Shown: positions 41,989-52,708, numbered from the stretch's first letter. The stretch: DNA of 64,000 nt from an uncultured Verrucomicrobiae bacterium (GCA_963828525.1 CAWHEP010000001.1:1-64000); one strand, 5' to 3'. The notes: generated by a model not told the origin, from the letters alone. Made by a program: numbers and translations.

Positions 41989-44900
41989 CTAGTCTGAGAG
42001 GAGGAAATTCAGGTCATCCAGGGACAACGCCTTGGAAAACCCTTCATCTGCGAGAACAGACTCGACGAGGAGTTTCTTTTTCTCCTGAAGCTGGCGGATT
42101 TTTTCCTCGATTGTTTGTTTCACAACGAGGCGATAGGCAAAGACGTTCTGGGTCTGCCCGATGCGATGGGTGCGGTCAATGGCTTGGGCTTCGACGGCAG
42201 GGTTCCACCAAGGGTCAAAGAGGATCACGTAAGGAGCGGACGTCAAATTGAGGCCCGCCCCCGCCGCTCGGAGAGAAAGAAGGAATATCAGGGGGCCCTT
42301 TGCTTCCTGGAATTTCTGAACGAGTTCACCGCGATCCTCCGTCTGGCCTGTAAGATAGAGGTGATCCCACTTCCGGTGACGGAATTCCTGCCGCAGGATG
42401 TCGAGCATCGTGACGAATTGGCTGAAGATCAGAACCTTGCTGTTCTCTTCGCGCATGGGGCCGAGGAGATCGAACATGGCGGACATCTTCGCGCTTTCGG
42501 TCTTGGCAAGGGACGGATCAATCAGGGCGGGATGGCAGCAAATCTGGCGGAGACGAATCAGCGTTTGAAGGATGTTGAAGCGTTCCTTGTTGAGAGCCTG
42601 CGTAGTCTTGACTCGCAGGAGCATCGCCTGCGCGCGCTTCAGCTCGGCGCTATACAGGCTGAGCTGGGTGCCCTCCATTTCGCAATGGACGTCTTCCTCA
42701 GTACGCCTGGGAAGTTCCGGGGCAACCTGCTCTTTTGTCCGGCGGAGAAGGAATGGTCGCAATCGGGCTGAAAGCCGCACGCGCGTAAAAGTGTCCTCCC
42801 CTTGATCGAAACGCTTCGAGAAATAAGCGCGCGTGCCGAGAATGCCCGGCATGGCGAAGGCCATGAGGCTCCAGAGATCCATGAGGCGATTCTCGATCGG
42901 GGTGCCGGTGAGCACAAGGCGGTGATCGGCAGTCAAATCCCGGGCGGTGCGGGCGGTCTGAGAAGCCGGGTTCTTTATATTCTGGCCCTCATCGAGAATG
43001 ACGGCGCGCCATGGAATAGCCAGAAGCTCCTTGGAGAGGATGCGCAATTGCGCGTAGTTCACCACGAGCAGGTCAACGTCCTTGAGAAGATCCTGAGTAG
43101 AGCCGGTCTCGGAGAGACCGAATCGTGTTAGACGGAGGCCCGGCGTGAACTTCTCCGCTTCCTTCACCCAAACGTCCATGACGCTTTTGGGGCACACCAC
43201 AAGGCTGGGCTTTCGCTTTTCATCCTGCCCGACAAGCCATGCGAGCCAGGTGAGAGTCTGGAGGGTCTTGCCCAAGCCCATGTCGTCAGCGAGGATTCCG
43301 CCGAAATGATTTTCGGCGAGGTAGGCCAGGAAATGGAAGCCCTCCCGTTGATAAGGGCGAAGATCGGCGTTCACCTCTGCAGGTTGATCGGGAGTGACGC
43401 GAGCTTTGATGGCGGAGGCCCGCTCCCGAATATCAAGCCATGTGTCTCGGGTAAACTCTTTCTCACCGGCCGCATCCGCCAGTTGTAAAACATGGAGACG
43501 CTGGGGTTCTCCGGAGAAGTCGAGAGGATCAAGACCCAAACGAGACATGCGGGCGGCTTTCTCCTCATCGAGGGCAAAGTCGAGACGCTGCCAGCCCTTG
43601 CCTTTAAGACGCACGTGGCGGCCACGGGCTTTGAGGAGGAGTTCAAGCTCCTCAGGAGTGAAATCCAGGTTCGGGGCGTTTAGACGAACGCGGAGATCGA
43701 ACCAGTCGATGGATTTTGCTTCAAGGTCGAATTCAACAGAAGCCTTGACGGCAGGCTGCAAAAGGCTTGCCAGCTCGCCAGTGGCGACGAGGGTGAGATC
43801 ATTCGGCATCTCACCCGCCCATGCGACGAACTCCTCGGCAAAGGCGCGAGTGATGCGGCGCGTCCATTTCCCAACGTTTCCGGGCTCTGGAGTGACCCGG
43901 AGGTGATCAAGCACTCGCGGGACAGAGGCCTGCGCGGACCTGTCAAAAAGAAGAAGGTCTTCAGTGGCCTTGATGTTTCCCCCGATGACTTTCCAGCCGC
44001 CAGCGCGATACTCTTCCACGAGTTCGCCACCGGGAGTTGCCGAGACAACATGCAACTCGAATATCTCTGAGTCGACATAGCGATTCTTCCGCAACTGGCA
44101 GGTAATGGTGACCTTGGCGGAGAGGCGTTGGATACGAACACGGAGCTGCTCCGGTAGATCGGCGCCAGCGCGTTGGAGAGCATCGACGCCCGCCTGCGTC
44201 TCCATGGCTTCGGCAGGGATGAGATGCCTAAGTTCAGCCGCATCGGGAACAAACGGGGGTGGGCCGGGATGAACGGCAGTAGCAGTGACGTAAAAGTAGG
44301 GCGATCCGGGCAGGACGAGGACGGCCCCTTTCACGGGGATTCCCATACTCGTGAAGAGTGCCACTTCGTAGCTGGCAGGCTGGTCGTGACGTTCGGTGCG
44401 CCAGACCAGAGGCTCGTCGTGCCAGTCGAATGGTGATCCAGCGCTATTTGCGAGCCAGGGTCGCAGGCGGGGATCGCGGAAGATGTGGTTCAGCGTGCGG
44501 CGCTGTGTCTCATGCAGGATGGCAAGAGCAGGTTGGAACCACGCGCCAGAGAGTTTTTCGTAGAGAGCCCACATGTAATGGGCTGGGACTGTGAAATGGA
44601 TGCCGCTATCTTTGGGATCCTCGCGGAAGCGACGCCAATCCGACTGACGGACAGGCTTGAAGCGGGTGTCACCGACGGTCTGCCATTCGAGGCGGATGGA
44701 ACGGTGCGAAACAAGAAGGCGCAGTTCGACTTCGGCCTCGGCGCGGGAGGAGGATTGCAGGCCGGCAAGCTGATCCTTCCACTTGTCGATTTCGACTTCA
44801 CGGAGGCGGGCGGAGAGTCTGGCCCGCAGTTCCCCCGATGCCACCATTGTATCAATGGAAGCAAGGTGGAAAAGCTGCTGATCGAGGAAGCGAAGAGCAA

Positions 44901-45222
44901 CGCAGCCGCAGAAATCTCCGAAGCTGTCGAGTTCAGCAGGTATGGACTCCGAGGCAATGTAGATATTGTACGGAGCTGTGGAGATGCGGAAGGAGAGGGT
45001 GTGGGGCTGCTGCCTGCAATGCTTATTGTAGGCTTCAAAGGCGATGAAAAGCTGATCTACGAGGCTGCGTTCGGAAGATTTGGCGGCGCTCCGAATCTGC
45101 TCATAAACGAGTTGGTTCGCGTCTCTGGCGACTGCCCTGACAGACTGGGAGCCAGACTTTGCGGAGGCACGGGCAACCGATGAGCCCACGGCTGCGCTAC
45201 TCCTGGGAGATTTCCATTTCAA
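41989..45222 (-). CDS. SNF2-family helicase
   Basis: LRPYQ, LADDMGLGKT, LDEGQNIKN, LTGTPIEN and DPWWNPAVEAQAIDRTHRIGQ. Confidence 0.95.
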   Translation of the reverse strand: MKWKSPRSSAAVGSSVARASAKSGSQSVRAVARDANQLVYEQIRSAAKSSERSLVDQLFIAFEAYNKHCRQQPHTLSFRISTAPYNIYIASESIPAELDSFGDFCGCVALRFLDQQLFHLASIDTMVASGELRARLSARLREVEIDKWKDQLAGLQSSSRAEAEVELRLLVSHRSIRLEWQTVGDTRFKPVRQSDWRRFREDPKDSGIHFTVPAHYMWALYEKLSGAWFQPALAILHETQRRTLNHIFRDPRLRPWLANSAGSPFDWHDEPLVWRTERHDQPASYEVALFTSMGIPVKGAVLVLPGSPYFYVTATAVHPGPPPFVPDAAELRHLIPAEAMETQAGVDALQRAGADLPEQLRVRIQRLSAKVTITCQLRKNRYVDSEIFELHVVSATPGGELVEEYRAGGWKVIGGNIKATEDLLLFDRSAQASVPRVLDHLRVTPEPGNVGKWTRRITRAFAEEFVAWAGEMPNDLTLVATGELASLLQPAVKASVEFDLEAKSIDWFDLRVRLNAPNLDFTPEELELLLKARGRHVRLKGKGWQRLDFALDEEKAARMSRLGLDPLDFSGEPQRLHVLQLADAAGEKEFTRDTWLDIRERASAIKARVTPDQPAEVNADLRPYQREGFHFLAYLAENHFGGILADDMGLGKTLQTLTWLAWLVGQDEKRKPSLVVCPKSVMDVWVKEAEKFTPGLRLTRFGLSETGSTQDLLKDVDLLVVNYAQLRILSKELLAIPWRAVILDEGQNIKNPASQTARTARDLTADHRLVLTGTPIENRLMDLWSLMAFAMPGILGTRAYFSKRFDQGEDTFTRVRLSARLRPFLLRRTKEQVAPELPRRTEEDVHCEMEGTQLSLYSAELKRAQAMLLRVKTTQALNKERFNILQTLIRLRQICCHPALIDPSLAKTESAKMSAMFDLLGPMREENSKVLIFSQFVTMLDILRQEFRHRKWDHLYLTGQTEDRGELVQKFQEAKGPLIFLLSLRAAGAGLNLTSAPYVILFDPWWNPAVEAQAIDRTHRIGQTQNVFAYRLVVKQTIEEKIRQLQEKKKLLVESVLADEGFSKALSLDDLNFLLSD

Positions 45223-45376
45223 AGAGGGTCAATGTAGCTCGTGTGGCCCGCGATGCGCAACTCTGAAGCGGCTTTTGCTCGCCCTGGCCGGTGGCGTTTT
45301 AAGTTTGTATTGAGAGGCGGTTCCGCGGCGCGGGGAGGCGGCGGACGCCAGAAAAAAGCGCCGAGGGAGGGCTGCT

Positions 45377-46168
45377 TCAGGAACTCGCGCTGGAGTAGTG
45401 GCCCAAGGCCGTCTTCCAGAAGAGTCGTGTGACAGTCAGGATGAGGAGGGCGGCGCAGGGGAGCTGGAAAGCGGCCCAGCCGGGATGGTCGAGCGCGCGG
45501 ACGAGGATGCGGGCCGGAATGTTCGCGACGATGATGACCGGTATGAGCCAGCTAAAAATGAATTTGAAGACGCCTTTGAAGACAACGTCGGGGTAGCGGG
45601 CTATGTTAAAAATGCTGAAGTAGCCGTAGATGAGGCCTTGCGCTCGAACGATGTAGAAGCTGACAGTAGCGAGGAAGAACATGATGGAATAGTGAATCGC
45701 TATTCCGAGGCAAACAGCGCCCCCGTAGAGCAGGATCTGAAATGGCGAGGGAACGATGGCGAGTTTCGCGAGGGAGAAGGTGACAATGCCGACGCCGACG
45801 AGCGCGCTCACGACACTGTCCAGTCCGAATTGCCGGGTCGAAACGGCGAACTGGGCATCGACGGGGAGAAGAAGCATGAAGTCGAGCTTCCCGGTTCTGA
45901 CCAATTCCGGGATATTCGCTAAATTGACGTAGAAGAAAGCCTGGAAGAGCTGACCAATGATTTGATGCGTGCCGGCGAGGAGAACAACCTCCCACTTTGA
46001 CCAGTCGCCAATCTTATTAACGTAGAGGTAGATGACATTGATGAAGACGAGCTGGCCGACAAACCAGAGCATCTCGACGGCCATCCACAGAAGGAAGTTG
46101 ATCTTGAAGTTCATCTCGCGAATGAGCGAGTTGCGCATCATGATCCAGTAGATTTCCAGGTATCTCAA
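45377..46168 (-). CDS. ABC-2 family permease (DUF990-like)
   Basis: Multi-TM protein with VRTGKLDFMLLLP and RYP. Confidence 0.85.
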   Translation of the reverse strand: MRYLEIYWIMMRNSLIREMNFKINFLLWMAVEMLWFVGQLVFINVIYLYVNKIGDWSKWEVVLLAGTHQIIGQLFQAFFYVNLANIPELVRTGKLDFMLLLPVDAQFAVSTRQFGLDSVVSALVGVGIVTFSLAKLAIVPSPFQILLYGGAVCLGIAIHYSIMFFLATVSFYIVRAQGLIYGYFSIFNIARYPDVVFKGVFKFIFSWLIPVIIVANIPARILVRALDHPGWAAFQLPCAALLILTVTRLFWKTALGHYSSASS

Positions 46169-46266
46169 CGCGAAGGGCAGGCAGGAAACATTTACGCTAG
46201 ACAGCGAGGCGTTTAGAGGAACACGGAAGAGGGAAGAAGGAGTGGTCCGACAGTCGCCGCGGCGAG

Positions 46267-47190
46267 CTATTTCAGTTTCAAAAGTGTGTCCTTCAGAGCG
46301 CGGGCCGAGGTCTGGAGCCCATTGGCCTCCTTGGGCCAGAGCTCGAGTTCGATCTGTTGGACGACGCCGGCGCGACCAACGACCGTTGGCACGCTGATGG
46401 AGACATCACGCAAGCCGTAAACGCCGTTGACGAAACTGGAAACCGGAAGGATGCGCTGCCGGTCCAGAGCTATGCAATCGATGACTTCGCGGATGGCAAC
46501 GCCGACCGCCCAGCCCGCTCCGCCTTTTCTGGAAATGACTTCCGCGCCGCTCTTCTGGGTTCGTTCAAAAATCTGAGCTTGAAAGGTGGGAGTGAGGCCG
46601 GGAAATTTAAGGAGAGGGAAGCCATCAACGGTGGCGGAGGACCAGATGGGCAGCATGGTGTCACCGTGCTCGCCGAGGATCATCGCGCGTACTTGTGTCG
46701 GCGGAAGTTTCAGCGACGAGGCGATTAGAGAGCAGAACCGGGATGTATCGAGCATGGTGCCCAGCCCGAGTACCTGTCTCTCCGGAAGTCCCGTTTCCTT
46801 GAGGGCCAGATAGGTGAGGATGTCCACGGGGTTCGAGACGACAAAGATGATGGCGTCTTTTTTCATGCCGGCCTGCTTCAGGCTTTTAAGGATGCCGCGG
46901 AAGAGTTCGACATTGCGATTTATGAGGTCCAGCCGCGACTCATCCGGCTTGCGTCGCAGACCGGCGGTAATGCAGATGATATCGGCATCCGCGCAGTCCG
47001 CGTAATTGGCAGCGTAAATGCGCTGGTCGGCGCAAAAGGCAGCCCCGTGCAGAAGGTCGAGGGCTTCACCCTCCGCCGTGGCTTGGTTGGCATCGAGAAT
47101 GGCGAGTTCGTTAACGATGCCTGAGCATTGAAGCGCGAACGCGGCGCATGAGCCAACTCTGCCGCCTCCTCCGATAATGGCTACTTTCAT
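46267..47190 (-). CDS. Lactate/malate dehydrogenase family protein (BMC locus)
   Basis: IIGGGGRVG, SRLDL, SNPVD, LDTSRF and GEHGD. Confidence 0.92.
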   Translation of the reverse strand: MKVAIIGGGGRVGSCAAFALQCSGIVNELAILDANQATAEGEALDLLHGAAFCADQRIYAANYADCADADIICITAGLRRKPDESRLDLINRNVELFRGILKSLKQAGMKKDAIIFVVSNPVDILTYLALKETGLPERQVLGLGTMLDTSRFCSLIASSLKLPPTQVRAMILGEHGDTMLPIWSSATVDGFPLLKFPGLTPTFQAQIFERTQKSGAEVISRKGGAGWAVGVAIREVIDCIALDRQRILPVSSFVNGVYGLRDVSISVPTVVGRAGVVQQIELELWPKEANGLQTSARALKDTLLKLK

Positions 47191-47192
47191 GG

Positions 47193-48239
47193 TCAGGAGA
47201 CTTTCTTGAGATTGGAAACGATTTCTTCTGTCAGCTTTTGGACAAGGCTTTCGAGTTCGGCAGCGGACATATTGGAGGAGTCATTCTGAGACGCGGTGGT
47301 GGAGCAGCCACAGCTTTTGCCGCCCATTTGTGTCCAGGGATCAACCTCGCAAAGTTCAGCGGGCTTAAGCTCAAAGCGATTATCCGGCAGGCCCATTTTC
47401 TTTTTCATGTCGAGAAGATCCCCCAGCTTCTCGCACGGAATAGCCGCGCCACCCGGAAGCGACTGCGCATGGATGACAGTGCGACAGTAAGCGTCCGTTA
47501 TCTCCATTTTGAAGTAAGCGTCTTCAACAGACTTTCCCCAACAGATCACGCCGTGGTTGCCCATGAGAATCGATTGATGGCGCGGAGCCAGCGGAAAGAT
47601 TTCCGCGGCGATGTCCACACCGCCTGGAGTTTTGTACGGGGTGTAAGCAACCTGGCCAACGAACACCTCAAGCTCGGGGATGAGACGAGGGGGAGGCTGA
47701 AGGCCCTTAATGGCGAACGCGCCAGCATAGCAGGGGTGGGCATGACAGACTGAGGCTGCTTCGGGTGTGGAACGATAGATGGCGGCATGAGTGGTGAACT
47801 CGCTGGAGCGCTTCCATGTGCCACCGAGCTGGTTGCCGGCGATATCCACCATCGACATCATGTCCGGAGTCATGAAGCCTTTGCTGACGCCCGTAGGGGT
47901 CACGATGAAGCGGTCGGGGCCGAGGCGGCAGGAGATGTTGCCGCCGTTGCCATCGCAATACTCGCGCATCCAGATTCGCCGTCCGATATCGCAAATTTGC
48001 TCCTTGAGTTTCTGGGCTTCGGAAGAGGCGAAGAGTTGCTGATCGGAACTGGAACCCGAAGAGGTAACCGCAGGGCTGGCGGCGCTTGATCCGTTGGCAG
48101 CGTCGAAAATGACCTTTATACCGGCTTCGGTAAGGACGTCCTTTGCTCCGGGAGTGACGCGGGTTTCCCGATCATAACGAAATTCCTTGGCGCCAGTTTT
48201 GGCGAATTCCTCGGCTTCATGTTGCGCGAATAGTTTCAT
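47193..48239 (-). CDS. Class II aldolase (fuculose/rhamnulose-phosphate aldolase-like), BMC signature enzyme
   Basis: GNIS, TPTG, SSE..TH, HAHP and NHG; C-terminal amphipathic encapsulation-peptide-like helix. Confidence 0.9.
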   Translation of the reverse strand: MKLFAQHEAEEFAKTGAKEFRYDRETRVTPGAKDVLTEAGIKVIFDAANGSSAASPAVTSSGSSSDQQLFASSEAQKLKEQICDIGRRIWMREYCDGNGGNISCRLGPDRFIVTPTGVSKGFMTPDMMSMVDIAGNQLGGTWKRSSEFTTHAAIYRSTPEAASVCHAHPCYAGAFAIKGLQPPPRLIPELEVFVGQVAYTPYKTPGGVDIAAEIFPLAPRHQSILMGNHGVICWGKSVEDAYFKMEITDAYCRTVIHAQSLPGGAAIPCEKLGDLLDMKKKMGLPDNRFELKPAELCEVDPWTQMGGKSCGCSTTASQNDSSNMSAAELESLVQKLTEEIVSNLKKVS

Positions 48240-48520
48240 GTTTGCTCCTTGTAAAAGATTTCATCCACGAGCGCGGCGCAGTAGGCGTCCACCGGGATTG
48301 GCGATGGAAATGGGCAAGCGGCTTCGCGCCCTTCGCTGATAGCGATGTTCTGGCCGATATTGGCGCCCGACTGGTCGTAAACGACAATAGCGGGATCGTA
48401 TTGCCCGCCCTTGGTGTAGGTCTCCCGCCTCCAAGGCAGTGTGAGGAGAAGGCGCTCGCCAGAGATTTTCTTGTGACGCGCGGAAAGCGTTACGCGCCCG
48501 ATGACGGTGCCGACCCTCAT
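48236..48520 (-). CDS. BMC vertex protein (EutN/CcmL)
   Basis: MRVGTVIGRVT...VYDQSGA...EGREA...PVDA. Confidence 0.9.
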   Translation of the reverse strand: MRVGTVIGRVTLSARHKKISGERLLLTLPWRRETYTKGGQYDPAIVVYDQSGANIGQNIAISEGREAACPFPSPIPVDAYCAALVDEIFYKEQT

Positions 48521-48780
48521 GCCGCCGCGCTCCTCTCGGGATCGATAATGCCGACTACGCACCACCGGGCCGGGCTATGATCATCTCCGACCATGGCGCG
48601 GGCCTCGCCGCCGTCACTCGATAAAAGCACGCGCTGGTTCACGCCCGCGCCGAGGGAATCGATCACCAATTGAGGAGCGAGATCCGGGCTTTCGGGAAAG
48701 GCGATGAGCAGTCTCCAGCCGTTCAAGCTCGGGTGTTTGACAGTTGCGATCGCGTGACCTTTTATGATGGCGGTGCGCAC
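48517..48780 (-). CDS. BMC vertex protein (EutN/CcmL)
   Basis: ATVKH...DSLGAG...VVGIID. Confidence 0.9.
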   Translation of the reverse strand: MRTAIIKGHAIATVKHPSLNGWRLLIAFPESPDLAPQLVIDSLGAGVNQRVLLSSDGGEARAMVGDDHSPARWCVVGIIDPERSAAA

Positions 48781-48787
48781 GGTTTCC

Positions 48788-50206
48788 CTAGAAAAGGTTT
48801 AACTCCTCCACCATGACGCACCGGCGGGAACGGGTGAAGGTCATGGGTGTGGTGACCCCTTCGCCGGTCGGGGTGGCTATGCTGAAGCTTAGAAACCCCT
48901 CCCCGCCAAGACCAAGGCCTGTCATACAGGGGCCGTTTTTGATGAAGAGGGTGGTGTCCACCGCCTGTACCATCTTCGTAAGGTTGCGAATGTTCAGTGA
49001 GTGCATGATTGCCGTGTGCTTGTAGTTATGCTCCGCGTGAATGGCGGCCTTGATCGCGGCATCGACATTTGGCACGCGGACCAGCGGGATGAAAGGCATC
49101 ATCTGCTCTTCTTCGACGAAAAGATGATCAGCGCTGGTTTCGCCAAAAAGGAGTTGCGTGGCCGGCGGAACATCGAGGCCGATGGCCTTGGCAAGCACCG
49201 AGGCGTCTCGGCCGACGAGCTTCTTGTTCACAGTGGGGTGGGATGCATTTTCGGCGGTTACGAACGCCACTTTTGTGAGAGCCTCGACCTGCCGGGAGTC
49301 CAAAAGCACGGCCCCCGCCTTTTTGAGGGACGTGATGAGCGCGTCGGCGGCAGAAGCGACTACGAAAATCTCCTTCTCGCCGATGCAGAGAAGGTTGTTG
49401 TCATACGCGGCGCCTTGGATGATATCGCGCGCGGCCTTATCGAAATCGGCGGATTCATCCACTACCACGGGCGGATTTCCAGGTCCCGCGCATACCGCCC
49501 GTTTGCCGCTGAGCATGGCGGCCTTCACAACGGCTGGACCTCCGGTCACGCAGAGGAGGCGTACCTTTGGATGCTTGATCATGATGTCAAACGTTTCCAG
49601 CGTCGGCTTCACGACCGTGCATAGCAGATCAGGGATCCCGGTCTCGGCGAAGATGGCCTCGTTGTAAGCGCGTATGGCGGTGGCCGCGCAGCCGCATGCC
49701 GCAGGATGCGTATTGAAGACGACTGAATTTCCCGCGGCGATCATATTGATCGCGTTGCCAGTAAGAGTTGGAACGCTGTGTGTGGAAGGCGTGACGGCCC
49801 CGATGACTCCCCAAGGCGCGAAATCGATCACCGTCAGACCGAAGTCGCCACTGAAGGCATGACGCTCAATAAATTCGACTCCTGGAACGAGGTCGCCGCA
49901 GATGCGGAGCTTCTCGATTTTATGATCCAAGCGACCGATCTTTGTCTCCGCGAACTCGATCTCCCCCCATTCCCTCGCCTTTTGCACGCACATGCGGCGG
50001 ATGACCTGAATGGCGCTCTTCCGGGCAGAGACACCGAGCTCTTTGAGCTTTTCGAAGGAAGCATCGGCAGCCACAATTGCCTCTTCCATGCGATTATAAA
50101 CACCGAATCCGGAGTTTACAGGCTTCATGGACTGGGTTTGAGATTGGAGGCGGGCGAGCACTTCGCTCACCACCTTTGAGACAAGCTTTTCGTCAATGGA
50201 TGGCAT
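48788..50206 (-). CDS. CoA-acylating aldehyde dehydrogenase (EutE/PduP-like)
   Basis: APWGVIG, TGGPAVV, AGPGNPP, DNNLLCIGEKE and EQMMP; N-terminal encapsulation helix DEKLVSKVVSEVLARL. Confidence 0.93.
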   Translation of the reverse strand: MPSIDEKLVSKVVSEVLARLQSQTQSMKPVNSGFGVYNRMEEAIVAADASFEKLKELGVSARKSAIQVIRRMCVQKAREWGEIEFAETKIGRLDHKIEKLRICGDLVPGVEFIERHAFSGDFGLTVIDFAPWGVIGAVTPSTHSVPTLTGNAINMIAAGNSVVFNTHPAACGCAATAIRAYNEAIFAETGIPDLLCTVVKPTLETFDIMIKHPKVRLLCVTGGPAVVKAAMLSGKRAVCAGPGNPPVVVDESADFDKAARDIIQGAAYDNNLLCIGEKEIFVVASAADALITSLKKAGAVLLDSRQVEALTKVAFVTAENASHPTVNKKLVGRDASVLAKAIGLDVPPATQLLFGETSADHLFVEEEQMMPFIPLVRVPNVDAAIKAAIHAEHNYKHTAIMHSLNIRNLTKMVQAVDTTLFIKNGPCMTGLGLGGEGFLSFSIATPTGEGVTTPMTFTRSRRCVMVEELNLF

Positions 50207-50218
50207 GTTGTGTCAGAG

Positions 50219-50527
50219 CTATTCAGCCCGGTAGATGATTGTTTTTCCCAGATCAACAGTGTCAACGATCCCGATCACAACGGCGTCCACGGGAGAATCC
50301 TTATCCTCCGCGCCGAGCCGGGCGGAACTGCCCTGCACGATGAGAACGACCTCGTTCATGCCGGCCCCGAGCGAATCGACAACGACAATGGTGCTCGTGC
50401 CGGGCCGGAACTCCGCGGCGGCGGGTGAGTCCATGACAAGCGGGCGGACAACAAGAAACTTGTTGCCTAGCATCTTCGCGTTCTTTTTTGTTGCGACGAT
50501 GCTGCCTTCAACGCGCGCTAGAATCAT
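50219..50527 (-). CDS. BMC vertex protein (EutN/CcmL)
   Basis: MILARVEGSIVATKK...DSLGAG...GSSAR...PVDAVVIGIVD. Confidence 0.93.
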   Translation of the reverse strand: MILARVEGSIVATKKNAKMLGNKFLVVRPLVMDSPAAAEFRPGTSTIVVVDSLGAGMNEVVLIVQGSSARLGAEDKDSPVDAVVIGIVDTVDLGKTIIYRAE

Positions 50528-50554
50528 AGGTATGCGGAGTGCGGCGCCTTGGAT

Positions 50555-50848
50555 TTACTTGGCGGGAAGGGTTGGCTTTGGCAGCACATTCGCGAGATCA
50601 TTATGAGGACGCGCGATCACGCTGACACTGACGACTTCACCCAAAGATTGGGCGGCGGCTTTGCCAGCCTCGGTGGCTGCTTTTACCGCGGCGACATCGC
50701 CCGTCACGCAGACGGTCACCATCGCGTTCCCAACTTGAACCATGGGGCCCATGAGCTCCACGTTGGCGGATTTCAGCATTGCATCCGTCGCCTCCACCAA
50801 GGCGGTGAGTCCGCGTGTTTCGATCATTCCAAGCGCTTGTTGTGCCAT
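50555..50848 (-). CDS. BMC hexamer shell protein
   Basis: ALGMIETRG...DAMLK...GDVAAVKAA...IARPH. Confidence 0.95.
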   Translation of the reverse strand: MAQQALGMIETRGLTALVEATDAMLKSANVELMGPMVQVGNAMVTVCVTGDVAAVKAATEAGKAAAQSLGEVVSVSVIARPHNDLANVLPKPTLPAK

Positions 50849-50857
50849 AATTTTAAC

Positions 50858-52063
50858 CTAGTTGTTTGTTTGTTGTGTTGATGAAAGCTTGCGCCACGCG
50901 TTGCGGGCGATGATTATTTCTTCGTTGGTTGGAACGACACGCACTTCCACACGGGAGGACGGCGTCGAAATAATCCCCTCCTTGCCGCGGATGGTGGCGG
51001 AGTTTGCGGCCGCGTCCAGTTCCAGGCCGCAGAAGCCGAGATTCGCGCAGACCTTCTCACGCAGCAAGTCGTCGTTTTCTCCGATACCCGCAGTGAAAGC
51101 GAGAACGTCGGCTCCGTTCAACTCGACAAGGAACTGGCCGATGTATTTGCGAATGGCGTTGGAAAATACCTCAATGGCGACGCGGGCATTTTCGCTGCCG
51201 CCAGCAGCGGCTTCGATGAGATCGCGAGCGTCTCCAGTCGGAAGGCCGGACATGCCTTTGAGGCCAGACTCGGAGACAAGGGCCTTCTCGACGGCGTCAA
51301 TGCCGAGGCCAAGATCGCGAGCAAGATAAATGAAAGCGAACACGTCGAAATCTCCGACTCGGTTATTCTGGGGAAGGCCGCTTTGGGGGGTCATACCCCA
51401 ACTGGAGTTGACGGCAGCGCCATTTTTCACAGCAGCAATGGAGGAACTGCCGCCAAGATGGCAGGAGATGATGCGAAGCGCCTGAGAGCCGCGGAGTTCG
51501 GCGCAACGTTCGGTGACGTATCGGTGGCTGGCGCCGTGAAACCCGTGGCGACGGATGCCATAATCCGCTTCCCACCGAAGAGGCACAGGGTAGCGGTAAC
51601 TTTCAACGGGTACATCGTCGTAGAAGGCAGTTTCAAATGTGCCGATGCAGGGGAGTTCCGGGTGAGTGCGGTGGAAGCTGCGCACTGCCGCGACGTAAGG
51701 AGGGTTGTGAGCGGGGAGGAGCGTGTTGATTTCCTCCATCGCTTTGAGAACCGGTTCGTCCAGCAATTGAGTGCCCGAATAGCCGCGGGCCATCACCGGC
51801 TTGAAACCGATGGCGGCGAGATCCTGGAATCCACCCAGGGCACGTTCCACAAATGCAATCGCGGCGGAGTAGTCGGGAAACACGCTGGCGCCTTCCAGGG
51901 GCTCATCTTCCCCTATGGCGTATCTGTAAGTGGATTCGACGCAGCCAATGCGCTCGATGCCACCTTTGGCAAGGAGGCGCTCGGACGGCATTTCAAACAA
52001 GCGGAACTTGAATGAAGTGCTGCCGATATTGGCGACGAGAATCTGGTTTCGAATCAATGGCAA
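50858..52063 (-). CDS. ackA: Acetate/propionate kinase
   Basis: NIGSTSFK, HNP, GFHGASH, CHLG, FTAGIGEN and TNEE. Confidence 0.9.
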   Translation of the reverse strand: MPLIRNQILVANIGSTSFKFRLFEMPSERLLAKGGIERIGCVESTYRYAIGEDEPLEGASVFPDYSAAIAFVERALGGFQDLAAIGFKPVMARGYSGTQLLDEPVLKAMEEINTLLPAHNPPYVAAVRSFHRTHPELPCIGTFETAFYDDVPVESYRYPVPLRWEADYGIRRHGFHGASHRYVTERCAELRGSQALRIISCHLGGSSSIAAVKNGAAVNSSWGMTPQSGLPQNNRVGDFDVFAFIYLARDLGLGIDAVEKALVSESGLKGMSGLPTGDARDLIEAAAGGSENARVAIEVFSNAIRKYIGQFLVELNGADVLAFTAGIGENDDLLREKVCANLGFCGLELDAAANSATIRGKEGIISTPSSRVEVRVVPTNEEIIIARNAWRKLSSTQQTNN

Positions 52064-52114
52064 AGCCCGGATGGAGAGACCGGACGGGTGAAGATGATGT
52101 TTATTGGACGGAAC

Positions 52115-52420
52115 TTACTTTCCAGGAGCGGGCGCGGCGGGTTTGCCCAAAAACTTCCCGAGCCCGCGGAGGTCATCGTGAGGACGCGGAATGACATGCA
52201 CGGCGACAACCTCGCCTATCGTGCTCGCCGCAGTCGCGCCCGCTTCAACCGCCGCCTTCACGGCGGCAACTTCACCGCGGACGAAGACGGTCACATTTCC
52301 TGAGCCGATTTTTTCCCAGCCGATGAGATCGACGTTTGCAGCCTTCAACATTGCGTCCGTCGCCTCAAATTGAGCGACGAGACCTTTGGTTTCAAGAATT
52401 CCGAGTGCCATGCCAGCCAT
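52115..52420 (-). CDS. BMC hexamer shell protein
   Basis: ALGILETKG...DAMLKAA...HVIPRPH. Confidence 0.95.
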   Translation of the reverse strand: MAGMALGILETKGLVAQFEATDAMLKAANVDLIGWEKIGSGNVTVFVRGEVAAVKAAVEAGATAASTIGEVVAVHVIPRPHDDLRGLGKFLGKPAAPAPGK

Positions 52421-52438
52421 AAGTTGTTTCCTTTCGAG

Positions 52439-52708
52439 TTAAGAGATGAAAAATTTGAGAAGTTCGGCCGCGGGGCGCGCGATTACATGGGAGGCGACGA
52501 GATTCCCGACGCGCTTGGAGGCTTCCTTGCCAGCCTCGACAGCCGCTTTGACGCTGCCGACGTCGCCTTGGACGATGGTGGTGACGAGACCGCCGCCGAT
52601 CGAGACATGTTTGATAAGTTGCACATTTGCGGCTTTGACCATGGCGTCACTGGCTTCCACCAGGCCCACGTAGCCGCGCGTTTCTATTAGTCCTATTGCT
52701 TCGCTCAT
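52439..52708 (-). CDS. BMC hexamer shell protein
   Basis: AIGLIETRG...DAMVKAA...GDVGSVKAA...HVIARP. Confidence 0.95.
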   Translation of the reverse strand: MSEAIGLIETRGYVGLVEASDAMVKAANVQLIKHVSIGGGLVTTIVQGDVGSVKAAVEAGKEASKRVGNLVASHVIARPAAELLKFFIS

